Below are positions 30,885 through 36,129 of a DNA stretch of 36,129 nt, in pieces. A model generated the notes under the pieces. It was not told the origin of the DNA. It searched no databases and saw only the letters and a list, made by a program, of their open reading frames with translations. The stretch's first letter is position 1, and each line of letters begins with the position of its first letter. The DNA comes from Burkholderiales bacterium (lineage in GTDB: Bacteria > Pseudomonadota > Gammaproteobacteria > Burkholderiales > SG8-39). The translations under genes were made by a program, and so were the position numbers. Location: positions 1 through 36,129 of the forward strand of contig DASXRW010000340.1 of assembly GCA_036506355.1 (NCBI GenBank), given 5' to 3'.

Positions 30885-31877
30885 TTACCGGCGCCTCAGG
30901 AAACCGAGGCCAATGCTGGCCCCTACACCCAGAGCAAGCGCCGCGCCGAGCTTGGCGATCGCCCCGACCGGCCTCGCCGGCTGCGCCACCGGCGAATTCG
31001 CCGCCGCCTGCACGCGGATGTGAGCGGTCACGCGCGGCGGGCCCGCATCGGAAGACGGCGCGCGCGAGCCATGCTCCTCGGCAAAGACGCGCGTGAACTC
31101 CGCGCCGAGGAGAAAAATCTGTGCCGAGTAATACACCCACAGCATGAGCACCACCAGCGATCCGGCCGCGCCGAACGCGGAGGTGACGCTCGACTTGCCG
31201 ATGTACAGGCCGATGAGCCATTTGCCCACCGCGAAGAGCGCGGCCGTAACCGCGGCGCCGACCCAGACGTCGCGCCACGCGATGCGCACGCGCGGAATCA
31301 TCTTGTAGATCATCGCGAAGAGAGCCGTCGTGAGCGCGAAGCTCAGCGCCAGGTCGACGAGGTGCAGCCCCCACCATTTGCCCAGGGCGGAAACCACGGC
31401 GCTCAGCACGAGCGACACCATCAGCAAAAAGGCGATGCCGAGGATCATGCCGAACGAAAGCACTCGCGTGCGCAGCAGCTTCCACCAGCCTTTGCTCTCC
31501 TTGCGCGCCGGGGCGCGCCAGATGCGGTCGAGCGCGTTCTGCAGCTCGCCGAAGACGGTGGAGGCGCCGGTCACGAGCAACGCCGTGCCGACGATCATGG
31601 CGAGCAGGCCGCTTTGCGGCTTGCGCGCGCTCGCCACCAGTGCCTCGATGGCGTGCGCGCCATCGGCGCCGATAAGCGCTGAGAGCTGCTCGAAGATCCC
31701 GCCGCGCGCCGCCTCCTCGCCGAAGAAAAAGCCGGCGACGCCGATGACGATCAGGAGCAGCGGCGCGATGGAGAACAGCGCGTAGTACGAGAGGGCGGCA
31801 CCCATGCTCGGCGCGTAGTCGCCGGTCCAGGCTTCGACCGCGCGCCGCGCCAGCGGCCAAGCCTGGCGGGGATCCAT
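30885..31877 (-). CDS. YihY/BrkB family inner-membrane protein
   Basis: Start chosen at MDPRQAWPLARRAVEAW...GAALSYYALFSIAPLL. Multiple TM helices and YYSAQIFLLGAEFT near the C-terminal part are typical of YihY/virulence factor BrkB. Confidence 0.85.
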   Translation of the reverse strand: MDPRQAWPLARRAVEAWTGDYAPSMGAALSYYALFSIAPLLLIVIGVAGFFFGEEAARGGIFEQLSALIGADGAHAIEALVASARKPQSGLLAMIVGTALLVTGASTVFGELQNALDRIWRAPARKESKGWWKLLRTRVLSFGMILGIAFLLMVSLVLSAVVSALGKWWGLHLVDLALSFALTTALFAMIYKMIPRVRIAWRDVWVGAAVTAALFAVGKWLIGLYIGKSSVTSAFGAAGSLVVLMLWVYYSAQIFLLGAEFTRVFAEEHGSRAPSSDAGPPRVTAHIRVQAAANSPVAQPARPVGAIAKLGAALALGVGASIGLGFLRRR

Positions 31878-31896
31878 CGCGCGAGTTTCGCAATTT

Positions 31897-34170
31897 CTAG
31901 GCCGCGCGGCGATGCGCCGCCTGGAGCGCCTCCCATAGCCGGCGCGGCGTAGCCGGCATTTCGAAGCTCGGCACGCCGGCCTGCCGCAGTGCGTCAACCA
32001 CCGCGTTCATCAGCGCCGGCAGCGAGCCCGTAACCCCTGCCTCGCCGACGCCTTTCGCGCCGAGCGGATTGAGCTTGGTCGGCACCGGATGCTCGAGGAT
32101 CCTGAGGCCGGCGACCTCGCCCGGGCGCGGCATGGCGTAGTCCATGAAGCTGCCCGTCAGTAGCTGGCCGGACTCGTCGTACACCGCGAGCTCGGTGAAC
32201 ACCTGCCCGGCGCCTTGCGCGATCCCGCCCTGCACCTGTCCCTCGACGATCTGGTGATTGATGATGTTGCCGGCATCGTCGCAGGCGACGTAGGACACGA
32301 TCTGCGCCTCGCCCGTTTCGAGCGTGATCTCGACCTCGGCGATGTGGCAGCCGTTCGGAAAGCAGGAGCCGAACTTGTTCGCATACGCGAGGTCCAGCTT
32401 CCCCGGCTCGCGCGCCGCGAGCTGCTGAATTGAAATCTTCCGGTCCGTCCCTTTGATGCGGTAGTGCCCCTCCACGAACTCGATGTCCGCTTGCGCGGCC
32501 TCGAGGGCCTCAGCCGCGAGCGCCATGCCTTTCTTCACCAGCTCCTGGGCGCCCAGGTAGATCACGCCCCCGACCGCGAGCAATGAGCGCGAACCGCCGG
32601 TGGCGTTCCCGGTGATGTAGAAATCCGGCCCCGCAGTACGCAGCCCGATCTTCTCCATCGGCATGCCGAGCACGCCGGAGATCAATTGCGCATAGGTCGT
32701 CTCGTGGCCCTGCCCGTGGTTGTGCGTCGGTGCGTACACGGTCAGGCCGCCGTCACCGTTCCAGCGCATCTCGATTTGATCCTGTGGCGCGAAGCCCGCG
32801 CCCGTCGCTTCGATGTACGTGGACATTCCTCTGCCGCGGAGACGCCCACGCTTGGCCGATTCCGCTTTTCGGGTGGCAAAACCATTCCAGTCGGCAGCCT
32901 TAAGCGCCTTGTCGAGCACGCCAGCGAAATCGCCCGAGTCGTACTCGAAGCCGGCGGCGATTTTGTACGGGAATTGGCGGATGAAGTTGCGGCGACGAAA
33001 CTCCGCCGGGTCCATGCCGAGCTCGAACGCGGCGTGCTCGATGAGGCGCTCGAGCGCGTAGGACATCACCGGCCGTCCGGCGCCGCGATACGCGGCCATC
33101 GGCGCGGTATTAGTCAGCGCGAGGCGGATGCGGGCATAGGCCGCCGGGACGTCGTACACGCCCGAAAGGCAGTTCACGATACCGATGGTATTGATGAACG
33201 GCCCGGTGGGCGCGAGGTAGGCGCCGAGGTTCGCCAGCATCTCGAAACGCATCGCGAGGATCCGCCCGTGCGCATCGAGGGCCAGTGCTCCATGCGAGCG
33301 CACGTCGCGCGCCTGCTCGTCGGCGAGAAACACCTCGCTTCGCGTGCCGGTCCATTTCACCGGACGCCCGAGCTTTCTGGCTGCGAAGAGCGCGGCACAG
33401 TACTCCGGGTAGACGTTGAAGCGCACGCCGAAGCCGCCGCCGACTTCCTCGGCGATAACGCGGATCTTCTCCGGCGGCACGCCGAGCACCGCCGAGAGCT
33501 GATTGCGCATGATCCCGGCGCCCTGCGTGCAGGTGTAGAGGTGATACTGGTCCGCGCCGGCGTCGAAATGCGCCAGGCAGGCGCGCGGCTCCATCGGATT
33601 GCCGACCACGCGCGAGATGTCGACTTCGAGCTCGATGGTGCGCGCGGCCTTGGCGAATGCGGCCTTCGACCCTGCGTCGTCGCCCGACTCGTAGTCCATC
33701 ACCAGGTTGCCGGGCACGCTGTCATGAACCAGCGCTGCTCCGGCTGCGACCGCCTGCGCAGCGGTGACTACCGCGTCGCGGTCGCGATATTCGATCGCCA
33801 CCAGCTCGGCCGCGTCGTGCGCGGCGACTGCAGTTTCGGCGACGACCAGCGCCACCGCATCGCCGGCGAAGCGCACGCGACCCTGCGCAAGCGCCGGACG
33901 TCCCGGATGGATGAGCTCCATGCCGCCGCGGCCCTTGACCGGCAGCGCGCACGGTAGAGACTTCAGCGCGCCCTTGATGTCCTCGCTGGTGAACACCGCG
34001 AGCACACCGGGCTGGGCCAGCGCCTCTTTTGTATCTACGGAGAGAATCTCTGCATGGGCGCGATCCGAGCGGACAAAATGTCCGTAAGCCTGCGCCGGCA
34101 GGTTCCAGTCGGAAACATACTTCCCCCGACCGGTGAGCATCCGGTCGTCTTCCAGCCTGCCTTTGAGCAT
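31897..34170 (-). CDS. molybdopterin-dependent xanthine dehydrogenase/aldehyde oxidase family large subunit, form-II CoxL-like
   Basis: 757-aa ORF. N-terminal RLEDDRMLTGRGKYV.D, and the active-site loop AYRGAGR encoded at 33073-33093 (verified by hand translation). Confidence 0.88.
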   Translation of the reverse strand: MLKGRLEDDRMLTGRGKYVSDWNLPAQAYGHFVRSDRAHAEILSVDTKEALAQPGVLAVFTSEDIKGALKSLPCALPVKGRGGMELIHPGRPALAQGRVRFAGDAVALVVAETAVAAHDAAELVAIEYRDRDAVVTAAQAVAAGAALVHDSVPGNLVMDYESGDDAGSKAAFAKAARTIELEVDISRVVGNPMEPRACLAHFDAGADQYHLYTCTQGAGIMRNQLSAVLGVPPEKIRVIAEEVGGGFGVRFNVYPEYCAALFAARKLGRPVKWTGTRSEVFLADEQARDVRSHGALALDAHGRILAMRFEMLANLGAYLAPTGPFINTIGIVNCLSGVYDVPAAYARIRLALTNTAPMAAYRGAGRPVMSYALERLIEHAAFELGMDPAEFRRRNFIRQFPYKIAAGFEYDSGDFAGVLDKALKAADWNGFATRKAESAKRGRLRGRGMSTYIEATGAGFAPQDQIEMRWNGDGGLTVYAPTHNHGQGHETTYAQLISGVLGMPMEKIGLRTAGPDFYITGNATGGSRSLLAVGGVIYLGAQELVKKGMALAAEALEAAQADIEFVEGHYRIKGTDRKISIQQLAAREPGKLDLAYANKFGSCFPNGCHIAEVEITLETGEAQIVSYVACDDAGNIINHQIVEGQVQGGIAQGAGQVFTELAVYDESGQLLTGSFMDYAMPRPGEVAGLRILEHPVPTKLNPLGAKGVGEAGVTGSLPALMNAVVDALRQAGVPSFEMPATPRRLWEALQAAHRRAA

Positions 34171-34611
34171 TTAGATTTTCGAGAGCGCGATCAGGATGCT
34201 GCAGGGCGCGTAGTCGAGCAGCGACGCTCCCACCGAGCCTTTCCACCAGCGCGCCGCGAACGAGGTGTTCTGGTTATGGCCGACGACAATCAAGTCGACG
34301 CCGAGCTGCTTGGCGAAGCGGCAGATCTCCTCCACCGGCTCGCCGACGGCGAGCTGCCCCGCCGCGTTGAAGCCGCGCTCGCGAAGCGTGCGGATGCCTT
34401 CGTCGAGCACCGTCTGCGTGCGCTTCTTCTCTTCTTCGAGCAGCTCCTCGGGCACGAAGCCCTCGGTGAGGAACAGGCTCGGCGGCATGCTCGCCACCGC
34501 GAGGAGATGCATCTCGGCACCGAGAAAGCTCGCGAGGTCCGCCGTCTCCAGCAGAGCGCGCTTGCCCTCCTGGGAGCCGTTGTAAGCGAGCAGAATCTTC
34601 CGGTACTTCAT
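34171..34611 (-). CDS. universal stress protein (UspA family)
   Basis: 146-aa ORF. KILLAYNGS...DLIVVGH...GSV USP ATP-binding-type motifs, with GGGAGAG SD upstream. The stop abuts the CoxL-like ATG (TAA|ATG). Confidence 0.85.
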   Translation of the reverse strand: MKYRKILLAYNGSQEGKRALLETADLASFLGAEMHLLAVASMPPSLFLTEGFVPEELLEEEKKRTQTVLDEGIRTLRERGFNAAGQLAVGEPVEEICRFAKQLGVDLIVVGHNQNTSFAARWWKGSVGASLLDYAPCSILIALSKI

Positions 34612-34630
34612 GGGTGCTCTCCCATTTTAG

Positions 34631-35590
34631 CTATTTTGCAAGCAACCCCACCCGCTCTATGGTCGCACGTTCCGCCGCCAGCGTCTCGGCGGCCCAGCGC
34701 GCATAGTCCTCGCTCGACTTGTACCAGTAAACCTGGTCGAGCTGCGCCAGCGTCTTCAAATGCTCGGGATCATCCAGCGTCTTCTTGAACGCATCGTGCA
34801 GCGTGCGCACCACCTGCGCCTCCATGCCTTTCGGGCCCACCAGGCCGTACGGCGAATAGGAAACGATGTCGAAGCCGAGCTCCTTCGCGGTCGGAGCGTC
34901 CCACTTGGTGCGCTTCTCGCCGAACGTGACCAGCAGACGCACCTGGCCGGCGTCGACCTGGCGCCCCCAGCCGGTGGAATCCGACTGCGCCATGACGTGG
35001 CCGCCGAGCAGCGCCTGCGAGGAATCGGCGAAGCCCTTGAATGGCGCGTGGAGGAATTTAACGCCGGTCTTCATCGCCACCTCCTCCATCAGGAGATGCG
35101 GCGAAGTGCCGGTTCCTGGCGTGCCGTACGAAAGCTGCCCGGGATTGGCGCGGGCGTATTCGATGAGATCGCGGAAGCTCTTCAACGGCGAATCGGCGCG
35201 CACCACGACGCCGAAGGTATAGCCGGTGATGCCGATGATGTAGCTGAAATCCTTGAGCGCGTCCCAGTCGACGGGCCGCTGGTGCGGCAGGCGATACGCC
35301 GTGATCGGCAACTGCGACACGGTGTAGCCGTCGGCTCTCGCGAGCCGCGCCATCTGCGCCGGCCCGATCATGCCGCCGCCGCCGGGCTTGTTCTCGATCA
35401 CCACCGGCTGCCCCAGATATTTCTGCGCCACTTCGGCGAACTTGCGCAGGTGCGTGTCGGTCGTGCCGCCCGCCGGCCACGGGCAGATCAGCGTGATCGG
35501 TTTCGCGGGAAACTGAGCCGAAGTTTGCCCGAGGGCCGGCGCAGCGAGCATCAGCAGCGCGATGGCCGCGAGGCTTGCGATTCGGTGCAT
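34631..35590 (-). CDS. Bug-family tripartite tricarboxylate transporter substrate-binding protein (TctC-like)
   Basis: Start chosen at MHRIASLAAIALLMLAAPALGQ (signal peptide) with GGAGGAGGAGAG upstream. FPAKPITLICPWPAGGTTD and ENKPGGGG are Bug family signatures. Confidence 0.88.
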   Translation of the reverse strand: MHRIASLAAIALLMLAAPALGQTSAQFPAKPITLICPWPAGGTTDTHLRKFAEVAQKYLGQPVVIENKPGGGGMIGPAQMARLARADGYTVSQLPITAYRLPHQRPVDWDALKDFSYIIGITGYTFGVVVRADSPLKSFRDLIEYARANPGQLSYGTPGTGTSPHLLMEEVAMKTGVKFLHAPFKGFADSSQALLGGHVMAQSDSTGWGRQVDAGQVRLLVTFGEKRTKWDAPTAKELGFDIVSYSPYGLVGPKGMEAQVVRTLHDAFKKTLDDPEHLKTLAQLDQVYWYKSSEDYARWAAETLAAERATIERVGLLAK

Positions 35591-35609
35591 CTCTCCTCCT
35601 CCGGCGGCG

Positions 35610-35615
35610 ATTATA
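35610..35615 (-). promoter_or_regulatory. candidate -10 hexamer (perfect TATAAT on the minus strand) for the Bug/Usp/CoxL-like gene string
   Basis: Plus-strand attata at 35610-35615, about 20 nt upstream of the Bug ATG, leaving room for a short leader that carries the strong SD. Pattern match only. Confidence 0.35.
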
Positions 35616-35647
35616 GCCAGCGTCCGGCCTACAATAACGGCCCCTTC

Positions 35648-36129
35648 ATGCTTGATGTTTCCCGCAGCGATTTCACGGCGGCGGTCGCCGGCGCCGGCAC
35701 CATGGGACGCGGCATTGCGCAGGTGCTCGCCCAGTGCGGCGCGCGCACCCTTCTCTACGACGCGCAGCCCGGCGCGGCGCAGCGCGCCATCGACTCGATC
35801 TCGCAGGCGCTCGCCAAGCTCGCGGAGAAAGGGCGCGTCAAGGACCCGCAATCGATCGTGAGCCGCATCGAGGTGGTGCCGGGGCTGCAGGCTCTCGCGC
35901 CCTGCCACCTGGTGGTCGAAGCGATCGTCGAGGACCTGACAGCAAAGCGCCTGCTCTTTTCCGAGCTCGAGGAGATCGTGGGCGAGAACTGCATCCTCGC
36001 GAGCAACACCTCGTCGCTTTCGGTCACCGCGATGGCCGCAGCGTGCAAGCGCCCCGGACGCGTTGCCGGCTATCACTTCTTCAACCCGGTGCCGGTGATG
36101 AAGATCGTCGAAGTGGTCGACGGCGTGCT
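35648..36129 (+). CDS. 3-hydroxyacyl-CoA / 3-hydroxybutyryl-CoA dehydrogenase, N-terminal 160 aa (runs off the window end)
   Basis: Open frame from ATG 35648; not in the track because it has no stop. MLDVSRSDFTAAVAGAGTMGRGIAQVLA... is the NAD fold, with ILASNTSSLSV and GYHFFNPVPVMKIVEV as 3HCDH_N signatures. Confidence 0.85.
   Translation, partial: MLDVSRSDFTAAVAGAGTMGRGIAQVLAQCGARTLLYDAQPGAAQRAIDSISQALAKLAEKGRVKDPQSIVSRIEVVPGLQALAPCHLVVEAIVEDLTAKRLLFSELEEIVGENCILASNTSSLSVTAMAAACKRPGRVAGYHFFNPVPVMKIVEVVDGV

Overview
GC-rich chromosomal segment with strong GC3 bias. The gene order looks betaproteobacterial, judged from recalled synteny rather than a search. Product calls rest on recognised motifs in the translated ORFs.

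Layout:
- 1-17948 (minus strand): one almost gap-free housekeeping array, gyrA-serC-serA-like-pheA-hisC-tyrA-aroA-cmk-rpsA-ihfB-lapA-lapB-ugd-hldA-hldD-cysM-exonuclease.
- 18.0-24.3 kb (plus strand): three OmpA-domain envelope genes with an MtaD-like amidohydrolase wedged between the first two, then ubiG, gph, an MDR oxidoreductase and tmRNA (ssrA, tag ANDERFALAA).
- 24.3-36.1 kb (less conserved-looking): an orphan small HTH ORF beside ssrA, about 400 nt with no convincing gene, and selO overlapping a secreted Pro/Ala-rich unknown, followed by an EF-hand protein. A minus-strand block follows: Bug/TctC binding protein, UspA, orphan form-II CoxL-like molybdoenzyme, YihY/BrkB, a 61-aa ORF, a MetE-like protein, dodecin, a DadA-like flavoenzyme and a 56-aa membrane ORF. 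A partial 3-hydroxyacyl-CoA dehydrogenase gene ends the window.

I saw no CRISPR array, transposase, integrase, rRNA, tRNA or recognisable defence or toxin genes. I cannot support a claim of a multi-gene novel system here.

Best leads, all modest:
1. A 35-residue lipoprotein tether conserved between two otherwise diverged OmpA paralogs, despite heavy synonymous divergence.
2. A MetE-like gene whose conserved N-terminus has no ATG/GTG/TTG start, with an ATA overlapping the TAG of an upstream unannotated ORF.
3. selO with an extended -10 placed for a leaderless transcript and ATGA coupling to a secreted unknown.
4. An island-scar-like flank of ssrA.
5. An orphan CoxL-like large subunit.

Most long ORFs in the six-frame track are antisense or 5'-extended artefacts of the GC-rich sequence.
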